Made by a program: the position numbers and the translations under genes. A model generated the notes under the pieces. The model had not been told where the DNA came from. It saw only the letters and a program-made list of their open reading frames with translations, and searched no databases. 64,000 nucleotides of DNA from contig OZ255836.1 in NCBI GenBank assembly GCA_965277715.1, positions 1,344,001 to 1,408,000 on the forward strand. The letters are read 5' to 3'. This document shows, piece after piece, positions 48,874-59,240 of the stretch (position 1 is the stretch's first letter; each line of letters begins with the position of its first letter). The DNA comes from Gammaproteobacteria bacterium (GTDB taxonomy: Bacteria; Pseudomonadota; Gammaproteobacteria; JBCCGL01).

Positions 48874-50994
48874 TCACCCACCTACCGTACTCACAATTTT
48901 TATCTGTTTATCCTGCGGGACTTCGCTATAACTCAATACATGTAACGCGGCCAGGCTGTGTTTTAGCCAGCGCGAGATGCCCGCACGCATCGCGGCGGGC
49001 ACCAGCAGGATGGCCGGTTCACCGTTGACCTCACGCTGTGCCACCGCTTCGCGCAGCGATTGGTGCAATCGGTCTGCCATACCGGGTTCAAACCCCATTG
49101 CACCGGACTGCCCACCCGGCTGTTCGCCACCCGACTGCTGCAATAACTGTTCCAGCGAGGGGTCCAGCGTCATCACCGCAAGCGAATCGCTGGTGCCCGC
49201 GATGTTTTGTACAATCATGCGGCTCAGTGCAATGCGCACATGGGCCGTTAAGTTCATCGCATCCGGGGCGGCAGCGGCGTGCTCGGCGATGGTCTCGGCA
49301 ATGGTGCGCATATCGCGCAGCGGAATCCCCTCGGCCAGGAGGTTTTGCAATACCTTTACCAGTACGCCGAGCGGCAGTGTGTCCGGCACCAGATCCTCGG
49401 CCAGTTTGGGGGCCGATTTGGCCAGTGAATCGAGCAGGCGCTGCGCCTCGTCATGGCCCAGCAATTGATCGGCATTGGCTTTGAGAATCTGGCTGAGGTG
49501 CGTGGCCACCACCGTGCTGGTATCGACCACGGTATAACCCAGGGTGTGCGCCTGATCTTTGCGTGATGCCCCTATCCACAGTGCATCGAGGCCAAATGCC
49601 GGGTCTTTGGTTTCAATCCCCTCCAGCGCGCCGTACACCGTGCCAGGATTAATCGCCAACTCCTTGCCGGGCTGCAATTCGCCCTCACCCACCGTCACCC
49701 CCAGCAGGCTGATGCGGTAGGTATTGGGGGCGAGGTTGAGGTTGTCGCGAATGTGTACCGCCTGCATCAAAAACCCCAGTTCCTGCGACAGTTTCTTGCG
49801 TATCCCTTTGATTCTGTTTAACAACTGGCCATTCTGATTGCGGTCCACCAGCGGGATCAACCCGTAGCCAACCTCCAGTCCCACCACATCGACAGCCGGT
49901 ACATCATCCCAGCTCAACTCGGCGGATTCAGTGTCATCCACCGCCGCCGCTGCGGCATCAGCCGGTTCGGCCACAGCGGGCTGTGAACGGCGTTTGTGCA
50001 GTAACACCGCCAGCCCGGCCAGGCTCGCAGAAAAAAACAAAAACACCAGATTGGGCATCCCCGGCACCAAACCAATCATGCCTAAAATAGTGGCGGTGAC
50101 GATCAATGGCCGGGGGTTATTCAATAGCTGGGCGCTGACCTGCTGCCCCATATCCTGGGCGGCGGAAACGCGTGTAATAATAATCGCCGCCGCCGTCGAC
50201 AACACCAGCGAGGGTACTTGCGCCACCAGGCCGTCACCGATAGTCAATAAAGCGTAATTTTCCATCGCCACAGAAAACGACAGATCGTGCTGTAACATAC
50301 CGATTACCAGGCCACCGATAATGTTGATAAATAAAATGATGATCCCGGCAATCGCATCGCCGCGCACAAATTTGCTGGCACCGTCCATCGCACCGTAAAA
50401 ATCGGCCTCTTCAGACACTTCCCGGCGGCGCGTGCGTGCCTCATCCTGGCCAATCAGGCCCGCATTCAGGTCGGCGTCTATCGCCATTTGCTTGCCGGGC
50501 AAAGCATCCAGGGTAAAACGCGCTGTCACTTCAGAAATACGCCCGGCACCTTTGGTGACGACTACAAAATTGATAATCACCAATATCGCAAAGACCACCA
50601 GGCCGACCGCATAATTGCCACCGATAACAAACTCACCAAAGGCTTCAATCACCTTGCCGGCAGCCCCCACCCCCGTGTGCCCCTCCAGCAACACCACGCG
50701 GGTCGAGGCGATATTCAACGCCAGGCGCATCAGTGTCGCGATCAATAAAATGGTGGGGAACGCACCAAATTCCAGTGGCCGTAAAACGTAGACCACCACC
50801 AGTAAAATGATCAATGAAAAGGCAATATTGAAGGTGAAAAATAAATCCAGCGCCAGCGGTGGCAACGGCACCACCATCATCGCCAGCATCACGATAACCA
50901 GCAGTGGCGCACCGGCCCCCGAGCGCACGGTATGCACCAGTTGCATGGCCTTATGCCCTGCCTCCTGTAGCGAATAAGCGGATAGCTTAATCAT
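48874..50994 (-). CDS. flhA: Flagellar export gate FlhA
   Basis: ARFTLDALPGKQMAIDAD, FYGAMDGASKFVRGD. Confidence 0.98.
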   Translation of the reverse strand: MIKLSAYSLQEAGHKAMQLVHTVRSGAGAPLLVIVMLAMMVVPLPPLALDLFFTFNIAFSLIILLVVVYVLRPLEFGAFPTILLIATLMRLALNIASTRVVLLEGHTGVGAAGKVIEAFGEFVIGGNYAVGLVVFAILVIINFVVVTKGAGRISEVTARFTLDALPGKQMAIDADLNAGLIGQDEARTRRREVSEEADFYGAMDGASKFVRGDAIAGIIILFINIIGGLVIGMLQHDLSFSVAMENYALLTIGDGLVAQVPSLVLSTAAAIIITRVSAAQDMGQQVSAQLLNNPRPLIVTATILGMIGLVPGMPNLVFLFFSASLAGLAVLLHKRRSQPAVAEPADAAAAAVDDTESAELSWDDVPAVDVVGLEVGYGLIPLVDRNQNGQLLNRIKGIRKKLSQELGFLMQAVHIRDNLNLAPNTYRISLLGVTVGEGELQPGKELAINPGTVYGALEGIETKDPAFGLDALWIGASRKDQAHTLGYTVVDTSTVVATHLSQILKANADQLLGHDEAQRLLDSLAKSAPKLAEDLVPDTLPLGVLVKVLQNLLAEGIPLRDMRTIAETIAEHAAAAPDAMNLTAHVRIALSRMIVQNIAGTSDSLAVMTLDPSLEQLLQQSGGEQPGGQSGAMGFEPGMADRLHQSLREAVAQREVNGEPAILLVPAAMRAGISRWLKHSLAALHVLSYSEVPQDKQIKIVSTVGG

Positions 50995-52151
50995 ACGCCG
51001 GTCTCACCCGGGCTAATGTTATAGGCATCTAAAAAATCGGCGGGCACATCCGGCACCGGTTTTTTCGGGCGCGGTGTGCCCCGCTTGCGCGCAACGCGAA
51101 GCTGAAAAACAAAACCCAACACCTGGGCGACCGCCAGGTACAGCGGTGAGGGGATTTCCCGGTTCAGGTCGGTACTGGCGAACAGTGCGCGCGCCAGTGG
51201 TGGCGCCTCGACAACGGCAATGTCGTTTTGTTTGGCAATCTCACGGATGCGCAGGGCGACCAGGCCCGTGCCCTTGGCCACCAGTAACGGCGCCCGCATG
51301 TGTGAATGATCGTAGCGCAGCGCGACTGAAAAATGTGTTGGGTTGGTAATCACCACATCCGCTGTCGGCACTTCATCCATCATCCGCGCATTCGCCATGC
51401 GCTGCTGTAACTGGCGAATTCTGGCTTTCACTTCCGGCTTACCCTCGGTTTGGCGCTGCTCGTCTTTAACCTCCTGCAGGGTCATTCTCAGCTCCTTCCT
51501 GTGCTGCCAGATTTGAAACGGCACATCAATCGCGGCAATAAATACCATGCCGCAGGCCATCGCGATCAACGACCACAACAATAAACTGGACACCTCCACA
51601 ATCGCAGGTTCTAACGGGTTTGAGACCAGCGCAAGAAAATGGTCAAAAAACTGCATAAATAAAACCAGACCGATAGCGCCGACTATCGCCACTTTAAGCA
51701 GTGATTTGATTAACTCCACCAACCCCTTAACGGAAAAAATACGTGCTATCCCTTTTAAGGGATTCAGTTTGCTCAGTTTCGGCTGTAGATTTTTAAGCGT
51801 AAACACCCAGCCACCGAGAATAATTGGTGCGCACACCGCAGCGACAAACATCAGTAACATAAAGGGTGTCAGCGCAAACAGGGTGTTCATTACGGTTGTC
51901 TGTAAGCTGGCGAGTAGAAACAACGGGTCGAACAACTGTTGTTTATCGATGCTGAAATTATCGCGAAGGTTCTGCGCGACATCAGACAAAATACCTGGCC
52001 CCATCAGCATTAGGGCGCCACCCGCAAAAATTGTCAGTACCGTGGTATTAAAATCGACCGAGCGCGGTACCTGGCCTTTTTCTTTGGTATCGCGCAGTTT
52101 TTTGGGCGTGGGTTCCTCGGTTTTTTCTGAGCCGTTTTCGTTCTCAGCCAC
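50991..52151 (-). CDS. flhB: Flagellar export switch FlhB
   Basis: EKTEEPTPKK, TNPTH. Confidence 0.97.
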   Translation of the reverse strand: MAENENGSEKTEEPTPKKLRDTKEKGQVPRSVDFNTTVLTIFAGGALMLMGPGILSDVAQNLRDNFSIDKQQLFDPLFLLASLQTTVMNTLFALTPFMLLMFVAAVCAPIILGGWVFTLKNLQPKLSKLNPLKGIARIFSVKGLVELIKSLLKVAIVGAIGLVLFMQFFDHFLALVSNPLEPAIVEVSSLLLWSLIAMACGMVFIAAIDVPFQIWQHRKELRMTLQEVKDEQRQTEGKPEVKARIRQLQQRMANARMMDEVPTADVVITNPTHFSVALRYDHSHMRAPLLVAKGTGLVALRIREIAKQNDIAVVEAPPLARALFASTDLNREIPSPLYLAVAQVLGFVFQLRVARKRGTPRPKKPVPDVPADFLDAYNISPGETGV

Positions 52152-52152
52152 C

Positions 52153-52926
52153 TCAGCCTCCCACCAGCGTGCGTGCGAGTTGTAAACCCTCGTTTAATAG
52201 ATGCGCAAATATCGGTAAAAATGTGCGTATAAACAACATCATGGTAATAAAACCAATCAATATCGTCAGTGGAAACCCCACTGAAAATATATTCAATTGG
52301 GGCGCTGCCCGCGTCATCACGCCCAGGGCGATATACACAAACATCAGTGAGGCGATCACCGGCAGTGAAACGTGCACAGCGCTGGCAAACATCTGGCTGG
52401 CCCAGCCCGCGATAACCCAAAAAGCGTCACGCTCCAGGCCCAGTGGTGCGAGTGGCAGGGTGTAAAAACTCTGCACCAATACCTCGATTAATATGGCATG
52501 ACCGTCCATTGTCAGGTACAGCAAGGTGGCGATAATGGTAAAAAACTGCGAGACAACCGGCACAGTCACACCGTTTTGCGGGTCGACCATAGAGGCAAAG
52601 CCCAGACCCATGGCAAACGCCATTTGCTCGCCTGCCATCACCAGCACAGAAAACACCATTTGTAAAATAAACCCCATGCTGGCGCCGATCAAAACCTGCT
52701 GTAAAACAATCAATAAACCACTGGCGCTGAATACATCGACCACCGGTACTGCCGGAATTAACGGGGCTACCGTCAGTGTCATAACCACCGCCAGGATAAT
52801 ACGCACCCGCACCGGAATCATCCGCGTACCCAGCACAGGGGCGGCAATAAACAACGCACTGATACGAATAAAAGGCCAGAAAAAAGTACCGACTAATGCG
52901 CTTAACTCAGCGCCGCTAACCGCCAT
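52153..52926 (-). CDS. fliR: Flagellar export protein FliR
   Basis: FWPFIRI, MGLGFA..DP, RAAPQLNIF. Confidence 0.96.
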   Translation of the reverse strand: MAVSGAELSALVGTFFWPFIRISALFIAAPVLGTRMIPVRVRIILAVVMTLTVAPLIPAVPVVDVFSASGLLIVLQQVLIGASMGFILQMVFSVLVMAGEQMAFAMGLGFASMVDPQNGVTVPVVSQFFTIIATLLYLTMDGHAILIEVLVQSFYTLPLAPLGLERDAFWVIAGWASQMFASAVHVSLPVIASLMFVYIALGVMTRAAPQLNIFSVGFPLTILIGFITMMLFIRTFLPIFAHLLNEGLQLARTLVGG

Positions 52927-52928
52927 GG

Positions 52929-53198
52929 TCAACCCAGCATGTGCGGGATTGAGGCGAACAGATCACGGGTAAAGGTGAGCATTAAATTCAACATCCACGG
53001 CCCCGCGATAAACAGCGTCACCACCATCGCAAACAACTTGGGGATAAAGCTCAGGGTATTTTCGTTAATTTGTGTGGCCGCCTGTAACATGCCCACCAAC
53101 AACCCTACAAATAAAGCGACCAGTAATGCCGGTGCCGCCACCAGGGAGGTTACTTTTAAGGCCTGCTGGCCAATATCGATAACAAGGTCGGGGGACAT
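52929..53198 (-). CDS. fliQ: Flagellar export protein FliQ
   Basis: QAATQINENTLSFIPK. Confidence 0.96.
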   Translation of the reverse strand: MSPDLVIDIGQQALKVTSLVAAPALLVALFVGLLVGMLQAATQINENTLSFIPKLFAMVVTLFIAGPWMLNLMLTFTRDLFASIPHMLG

Positions 53199-53205
53199 AA
53201 TTATC

Positions 53206-53967
53206 TCAGGGCACGATGCCGAAAAAGCTCGACGCCAGGGTGCCAATAATCAGCGCCCATCCATCCACCAGGACAAATAACATAATTTTAAACGGCAGCG
53301 AAATAACCAGCGGCGACAGCATCATCATGCCCATCGACATCAACATACTGGCGACTACCAGATCGATCACCACAAAGGGAATAAAAATAATAAAGCCAAT
53401 TTCAAACGCCGTTTTTAATTCACTGGTTAAGAAGGCGGGCATCAAAATAGAAAAGGGGGTGTTATCAGGGGTATCGATCTGCCCGGCACCGGAAATACGT
53501 GCAAACAACGCGATATCATCCTCACGGGTCTGCTCCATCATAAACTGGCGCACAGGTATCGAGGCGCGTTCCAACGCCTGCTGTTCAGAAATTTTGTCAT
53601 CGAGGTAGGGCGCTAATGCCTGTGTGTACACCTCATCGGCCACTGGCGTCATAATAAAAATAGTCAGAAACAATGCGAGGCCAAGCAGTATCTGATTTGA
53701 TGGGGTTTGTTGCGTGCCCAGTGCCTGGCGCAAAATAGCCAAAACAATAATCACCCGGGTAAATGACGTCATCGCCAATAACATGGCGGGCAATAGCGTC
53801 AACACGGTCATCAACGCCACTATTTGCAATGTCAGTGTATACGTCTGGCCGCCATCCTTGCCGGTCTCGACTGCCAGTGCCGGTAACCCGGCGGGTGCCG
53901 ATACCGCATCTCCCATCAATAGCGCCAATAAACCGGCTGAAGAAAATAAGGTCCCGATTAATTTCAC
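53206..53967 (-). CDS. fliP: Flagellar export protein FliP
   Basis: [33 protein letters not shown]. Confidence 0.97.
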   Translation of the reverse strand: MKLIGTLFSSAGLLALLMGDAVSAPAGLPALAVETGKDGGQTYTLTLQIVALMTVLTLLPAMLLAMTSFTRVIIVLAILRQALGTQQTPSNQILLGLALFLTIFIMTPVADEVYTQALAPYLDDKISEQQALERASIPVRQFMMEQTREDDIALFARISGAGQIDTPDNTPFSILMPAFLTSELKTAFEIGFIIFIPFVVIDLVVASMLMSMGMMMLSPLVISLPFKIMLFVLVDGWALIIGTLASSFFGIVP

Positions 53968-54389
53968 CGCTTTATGCCCTGCTCAATGACGTGTTTCAAT
54001 GCCCCGGAAAATGAAGCGTTCCCATCCGCCAACGCCTCCGCGTGCAACGGTTTTTGCAAAACATGCAAACACACAATATTGCCGGGTGTAACACCCAATA
54101 CCAGTTGCTCCTCACCCAATTGCACCAGCATCACCCGCTCGCGCTGACCAACGGGTAATGTGGCCAGTAACTGGATAGCCGTGCCGTTTCCAGCGGGTGA
54201 TTGCTGCAGCCGTTTTAATCCCCAGACCACAGCCGCTGCTAACATCAGCACCAATAACAAGCCCCCGAACAAACGCAATAAACTTTCGCTGGAGAGTGGG
54301 TCTACCGGGGAAAATACCGCCTTGGTTTCATTGGCTGCGTGTAAAAAAGCAGGCAGAAAAACGCTTGTCAACGCGATTAAAAAACGCAT
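53964..54389 (-). CDS. fliO: Flagellar protein FliO
   Basis: [22 protein letters not shown]; between fliN and fliP. Confidence 0.92.
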   Translation of the reverse strand: MRFLIALTSVFLPAFLHAANETKAVFSPVDPLSSESLLRLFGGLLLVLMLAAAVVWGLKRLQQSPAGNGTAIQLLATLPVGQRERVMLVQLGEEQLVLGVTPGNIVCLHVLQKPLHAEALADGNASFSGALKHVIEQGIKR

Positions 54390-54400
54390 TATCGAATCGA

Positions 54401-54880
54401 CTAGGAGCGCAGGTTTTTTATGCGTTCGACCGGGCTGACAACATCGGTCAGACGAATGCCAAACTTCTCGTTAACCACGACCACTTCACCGTGGGCGACC
54501 AGCGTGCCGTTGACCATCACATCGAGGTGTTCACCTGCCATTCTGTCCAGCTCAACGACCGATCCCTGATTGAGCTGTAAGAGGTTTCTAATCGTAATTT
54601 TAGTGTGGCCAATTTCCATCGAAATATTCAGCGGCACATCTAAAATAACATCCAGATTCACATCGCTGTTGTTTGGCATAATGCCGTTATTGGAAAATGT
54701 TTCCAGCGCTGCCGCCTCGGGTTGTTGCGGTGAAGCCTGCTGTTGTGCTGGCTTCACCGTATCGCCCGGCGGTGCTGATGTTACGTCGGCTGCGGCTGCA
54801 CTTTGCTCCTGCAGCGCCTCATCCCAGGGATCTTCTGCCGGTGCTTCCTCGTCTTGTGGGTTTTCTGTGTTTTCACTCAT
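54401..54880 (-). CDS. fliN: Motor switch protein FliN
   Basis: ILDVP, GSVVELD, GEVVVVNEKFGIRLTD. Confidence 0.96.
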   Translation of the reverse strand: MSENTENPQDEEAPAEDPWDEALQEQSAAAADVTSAPPGDTVKPAQQQASPQQPEAAALETFSNNGIMPNNSDVNLDVILDVPLNISMEIGHTKITIRNLLQLNQGSVVELDRMAGEHLDVMVNGTLVAHGEVVVVNEKFGIRLTDVVSPVERIKNLRS

Positions 54881-54900
54881 GGGAGTTTCCATAATGGCTA

Positions 54901-55986
54901 TTAAAAATTCGAGATGCTTTTATCCGCCTCGACAGGTAAATTCACCGGTGCTTCGCTACACTCATCAGATAGCTGTGGAGCCGGTGTATTATTAACCGCT
55001 AACACCAGTGGGTTAACCTGCATAAAGCGCTCTACTTTCAGCGCCACCCTACCGTTAGACTGACCATAACTACCGCGCATCAAAGCAATATTTTCAATCA
55101 TGGTTTTAATCAGCCCCGGCTTATCGATGGGAATAATATCCCCAGACTTTAATGAGGCCAGTTTCCTGACATCCATTTTCACTTCGGTCAGAATACATTT
55201 CATTTCCACCTCGGCGCTGTATAACTCTTGTCGCAATAACATTTCCCAGCGCCTGTCTTTATCTGAGTGATCATTTTGAATACCACGGTCGAGTAATTCA
55301 CGGATGGGCTCGACCATTGAATATGGCAGTGTAATTTGAAATAAACCGCCGCCGCCATCCAGCTCAATACGAAAACTATTGACAATAACAATTTCGCTGG
55401 CGCGCACAATTTGTGCCATGTGGGGGTTAATTTCGTGGTTCATATACTCCATATTTAACGCTTTCACTGGTTTCCAGGAAGATTGGTAATCTTCAAATAC
55501 TGCGTCTGCAATCATACGGATTACGCGTAACTCAGTAGTGGTAAAATCGCGCCCTTCGATTTTATTGTAATAGCGTCCCGTACCGCCAAAGAAATTATCC
55601 ACCAGTGTAAAAATAAGCTTGGGGTCAATCATTATCAGTGCCGTGCCACGCAGTGGATTAACATGAATTAAACTCAGGCTGGTTGGCACCAGCAAGCCTT
55701 GCGTATAATCCCCAAATTTCACCATTTTTACATCTTCGAGTGTCACCTCCGCAGGGCGTCTCACCATATTAAACAAGCTAACCCGGAAATAGCGAATAAA
55801 GCGCTCGTTAATCATTTCCAAGGTGGGTAAACGCCCACGGACAAGCTGTTCCTGGCTGGTTAAATCATAGGGTGTAAAGTCATTATCTTCATCGGGAAAA
55901 TCGGTGCCTGATTCAACATCACCATTGTCGACACCGTGTAACAATGCATCGATTTCATCCTGATTTAAAACATCATTGCTAGGCAT
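54901..55986 (-). CDS. fliM: Motor switch protein FliM
   Basis: LNQDEIDALL, FFGG, EGRDFT, PYSMVEPI. Confidence 0.96.
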   Translation of the reverse strand: MPSNDVLNQDEIDALLHGVDNGDVESGTDFPDEDNDFTPYDLTSQEQLVRGRLPTLEMINERFIRYFRVSLFNMVRRPAEVTLEDVKMVKFGDYTQGLLVPTSLSLIHVNPLRGTALIMIDPKLIFTLVDNFFGGTGRYYNKIEGRDFTTTELRVIRMIADAVFEDYQSSWKPVKALNMEYMNHEINPHMAQIVRASEIVIVNSFRIELDGGGGLFQITLPYSMVEPIRELLDRGIQNDHSDKDRRWEMLLRQELYSAEVEMKCILTEVKMDVRKLASLKSGDIIPIDKPGLIKTMIENIALMRGSYGQSNGRVALKVERFMQVNPLVLAVNNTPAPQLSDECSEAPVNLPVEADKSISNF

Positions 55987-55992
55987 CAGTTT

Positions 55993-56589
55993 TTATTGCA
56001 TCACAAACTTAGTGAAAAAAACTTTATCTATTCGCATCGTGCCATCCACTGAGTTTTCCTGAATAATCCGTTCTACTTCATCGAGCACCTCTTTTCGTAG
56101 GTTTTCCTTACCTTCTGATGTTGATAGTTCTTCAATCGATTTTCTACCAATCATTAAAATAATATTATTGCGAATAATGGGTTTGTTTTCCTCAACGGCC
56201 TCTTCGGTATCACTGAAATACGTCAGAATAGAGATAGCGATCTGTACAAATCGCGTGGCGCCGTCATCTTCCAGGTTGATTGTAAAATCGGGGTCCAGAT
56301 CGACATAGCGTGGATCTTCTTTTCGAACACGTTTTGCCGCTTCGACCTCTTCAACTTCAGGCGCTTCACTGGCCGCTTCTTCCGCCATTTCCCCGGTAGC
56401 CGCACCACCGAGAAAAAAGAATGCAGCGCCGCCACCCGCACCGCCTAATACAAGCAGAGCCAGCAGGATAATAATAATCAGTTTCTTTTTTCCACCACCC
56501 GCATTTTCCTCGACTGGAGCCTCGGCACTTTTCTTACCTTTTTTATCTTTTTTTACTTTATTTTTCTTTGCTTGTTCTTTCTTTGCCAT
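55993..56589 (-). CDS. fliL: Flagellar basal body protein FliL
   Basis: KKKLIII TM, FTINL, VFFTKFVMQ; precedes fliM. Confidence 0.92.
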   Translation of the reverse strand: MAKKEQAKKNKVKKDKKGKKSAEAPVEENAGGGKKKLIIIILLALLVLGGAGGGAAFFFLGGAATGEMAEEAASEAPEVEEVEAAKRVRKEDPRYVDLDPDFTINLEDDGATRFVQIAISILTYFSDTEEAVEENKPIIRNNIILMIGRKSIEELSTSEGKENLRKEVLDEVERIIQENSVDGTMRIDKVFFTKFVMQ

Positions 56590-56640
56590 TATCGCTTCCC
56601 AAAAACGCATTCGAGTTAACTGTTTTGCAGAAACCCTCTA

Positions 56641-56657
56641 CAGCAAGTAGCGTGCCC
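56641..56657 (-). promoter_or_regulatory. Sigma54 (-24/-12) promoter of the fliL operon
   Basis: Minus strand GGGCACGCTACTTGCTG (GG-N10-GC; consensus TGGCAC-N5-TTGC), about 50 bp upstream of fliL. Confidence 0.75.
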
Positions 56658-56796
56658 GCTTTTTTGGGGGGAATGTATTGCTTATAATCAATAAGATATG
56701 ACGTGACGAAAGATGAGCGCCATTTACTTGACCTAAGTGTCAAAATTGGACGTTAGGGATGGGGTGGTGTTTGGTTATTTGGTTTCGTTGTTGACC

Positions 56797-56835
56797 CCCC
56801 CCCGACTCCTCTTCGGATAAAGAGGAGTCGGGGGG
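56797..56835. repeat. Strong hairpin downstream of grxD (terminator or repeat family B)
   Basis: cccccgactcctctt-cggata-aagaggagtcggggg; related to ccccctcttttgataaacgaggggg at 60221. Confidence 0.55.
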
Positions 56836-56948
56836 TTTACTGGCAGTGACGCCACGCCCAATCAAGCGCTGATTTAGTGGCCTTTTGAGGTAGTCCCTTT
56901 GAGGGTGTGTTGGTGTGCTGCCAGCGAGTCAGGTGCTGGCGTATGATG

Positions 56949-57272
56949 CTACGCGGCTTTGTCTACTGCCGCCTGTACCATGTTTTTCAGTTCGCCGGTT
57001 TCAGCCATTTCCAGGGTAATGTCACACCCACCCACCAGTTCGCCTTCGATATAAAGTTGTGGGAAGGTTGGCCAGTCGGCGTAGCGCGGCAGGTTTTCAA
57101 AAATTTCCGGGTCGGCGATGACGTTGCACCAGGCAAATTCGCGTTCGCAGGATTTTAATGCCGCCGCTGTGCGGCTGCTGAATCCACACATGGGCATTTG
57201 TGGGGTACCTTTGATAAACAGGGCGACCGGGTTGCTTTCGACAAATTCTTTGATGCGTTCTAAGGGTTCCAT
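56949..57272 (-). CDS. grxD: Monothiol glutaredoxin Grx4
   Basis: KGTPQMPMCGFS, WPTFPQLY, GGCD. Confidence 0.96.
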   Translation of the reverse strand: MEPLERIKEFVESNPVALFIKGTPQMPMCGFSSRTAAALKSCEREFAWCNVIADPEIFENLPRYADWPTFPQLYIEGELVGGCDITLEMAETGELKNMVQAAVDKAA

Positions 57273-57410
57273 TGGGGTTCTCGTTTGGGTTGGTTAGACG
57301 GTGGAATTATACAACATGAGGCGTTGGGGCCACCACTCTCATCAACTCAAGCCACTACATGCCGAATGTTGTTTTCATTGGTAGCTGAATAACTACTCAT
57401 TTAATTATCA

Positions 57411-59195
57411 TCACACTGTATCCACATGCAATTGCAGCCACAATTCCAACAACGCCGCATGCCACAGTTTGCTGCCTTGCAGGCGGGTGAGGTATTGATC
57501 CGGGGCGGCCAGGAGTGTGTCTATGTAGCGACGCTGGTAGAGGCCACGGTTGCGGGCGGCCTGCGAGGTTAAGATATCACGCATAAAATCCAGGAATTCT
57601 CCGCGCACGTATTTTAACGCGGGCACGGGAAAATAGCCTTTTGGGCGGTCGATGACTTTGTCTGGCACTAGCCCTCTGGCAATCTTTTTCAAGGGATATT
57701 TACCCCCGTCACGCAGTTTTAAATCCGGCGGCATTTGCGCCGCCAGCTCGACCAGTTCGTGATCGAGAAACGGGACGCGTGCCTCCAGCCCCCAGGCCAT
57801 GGTCATGTTGTCGACACGTTTCACCGGGTCGTCGACAATCAGGGTGGTGACATCGAGATGCAATACGCGATCCAGGTATTCATCGGCTTCGATATCGTTG
57901 AGCCGCGCTTCAATCAGTTCACTGGTGACATCTGAGCCGGTGTGGTGGTGTGGGTCGATAAAGGTCAGCCACTCGCTGTGTTCGCGGTCGAAGTATCGCT
58001 GCGAGAAACGTTGCAGCATTGGCTCGCCCTGCGCGGCGTGCATGTGCGGATACCAAAAGTAACCGGCAAATACTTCATCGGCACCCTGCCCACTTTGCAC
58101 GACTTTAACTTCCTGCGATACCTGCTCAGACAGGAGGTAAAACGCCACGGCATCCTGGCCGAACATGGGCTCAGACATGGCCGCCACCGCTTCAGGTACA
58201 CGCGGAATCAAGGCGTCATTGCCGACAAAAAACTGGTGGTGGTCGGTGGCAAACTTTTCCACCACCGGGTCAGAGTATTCGAATTCGCTGCCCTTTTCTT
58301 CGGGCTGGTCATCAAACCCTACGGTGAATGTCTTCAGGTCAGTGGCACCGGCTTCTGCCAGCAACCCGACCAGCAGGCTCGAATCCAGGCCGCCAGAGAG
58401 CAATACACCCACGGGAACGTCGGCAATGTCGAGCCGCCGCTTTACCGCTGTGCGCAACGCGCTGTGTACGGCTTCGATCCACTCCTGCTCACTGCGTGCC
58501 TTATCGGGGCGGCGCGCACTGAGCTGCCAGTAGGCATGCTCGTGCCAGGCTGCATTGACCTTGATGCTGACGCTGTGTGCCGGTTGTACTTTGCGCACCC
58601 CACGCAGTAGCGTGCGTGGCGCGGGAACGACGGCATGCAGGGTGAATTGGTGGTGGAGGGCATTCGCGTCGATACGGGTGTCTATGCCGCCTGCCGCGAG
58701 TAATGCCTGCGGTGTCGAGGCAAAGCGCACACGCTGTTGATCCAGGGTGTAGTACAGGGGTTTGATCCCCATGCGGTCACGCGCCATAAACAGGCGCTGT
58801 TTCTGCGCATCCCAAATGGCAAAGGCAAACATGCCGTTTAAACGGGCGACACAGCCATCGCCCCACTCGGCATAGGCTTTGAGGATCACTTCAGTATCGC
58901 CACTGGATTTAAACGAATGGCCGCGCTGGCGCAGTTGTTCACGCAGCGCGGGATAGTTGTAGATGCTGCCGTTGAATACGATGGCCAGGTGGTTTGTGTC
59001 GTCTAGCATGGGTTGATGCGCCCGCTCAGACAAGTCGATAATCGACAGTCGCCGATGGCCCAGCGCGACTGGCCCATCGACATGGCTACCGGCATCGTCC
59101 GGGCCACGCTTGGCCAATGCCGCCACCATACGCGCCAGCGCGTCACGGTCAGGGGTTTGACCATCAAATCTCAGTTCGCCACAAATACCACACAT
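57411..59195 (-). CDS. Asparagine synthase-family amidotransferase, N-acetylglutaminylglutamine amidotransferase type
   Basis: MCGICGE Ntn Cys, LSGGLDSS, QSGQGADE, VDDPVKRVDNMTMAWGLEARVPF, KGYFPVPALK. Confidence 0.88.
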   Translation of the reverse strand: MCGICGELRFDGQTPDRDALARMVAALAKRGPDDAGSHVDGPVALGHRRLSIIDLSERAHQPMLDDTNHLAIVFNGSIYNYPALREQLRQRGHSFKSSGDTEVILKAYAEWGDGCVARLNGMFAFAIWDAQKQRLFMARDRMGIKPLYYTLDQQRVRFASTPQALLAAGGIDTRIDANALHHQFTLHAVVPAPRTLLRGVRKVQPAHSVSIKVNAAWHEHAYWQLSARRPDKARSEQEWIEAVHSALRTAVKRRLDIADVPVGVLLSGGLDSSLLVGLLAEAGATDLKTFTVGFDDQPEEKGSEFEYSDPVVEKFATDHHQFFVGNDALIPRVPEAVAAMSEPMFGQDAVAFYLLSEQVSQEVKVVQSGQGADEVFAGYFWYPHMHAAQGEPMLQRFSQRYFDREHSEWLTFIDPHHHTGSDVTSELIEARLNDIEADEYLDRVLHLDVTTLIVDDPVKRVDNMTMAWGLEARVPFLDHELVELAAQMPPDLKLRDGGKYPLKKIARGLVPDKVIDRPKGYFPVPALKYVRGEFLDFMRDILTSQAARNRGLYQRRYIDTLLAAPDQYLTRLQGSKLWHAALLELWLQLHVDTV

Positions 59196-59240
59196 AAGCC
59201 GATACAGTCTGTTGTTAGGAGGAATGGGTTAGTTTTAGGG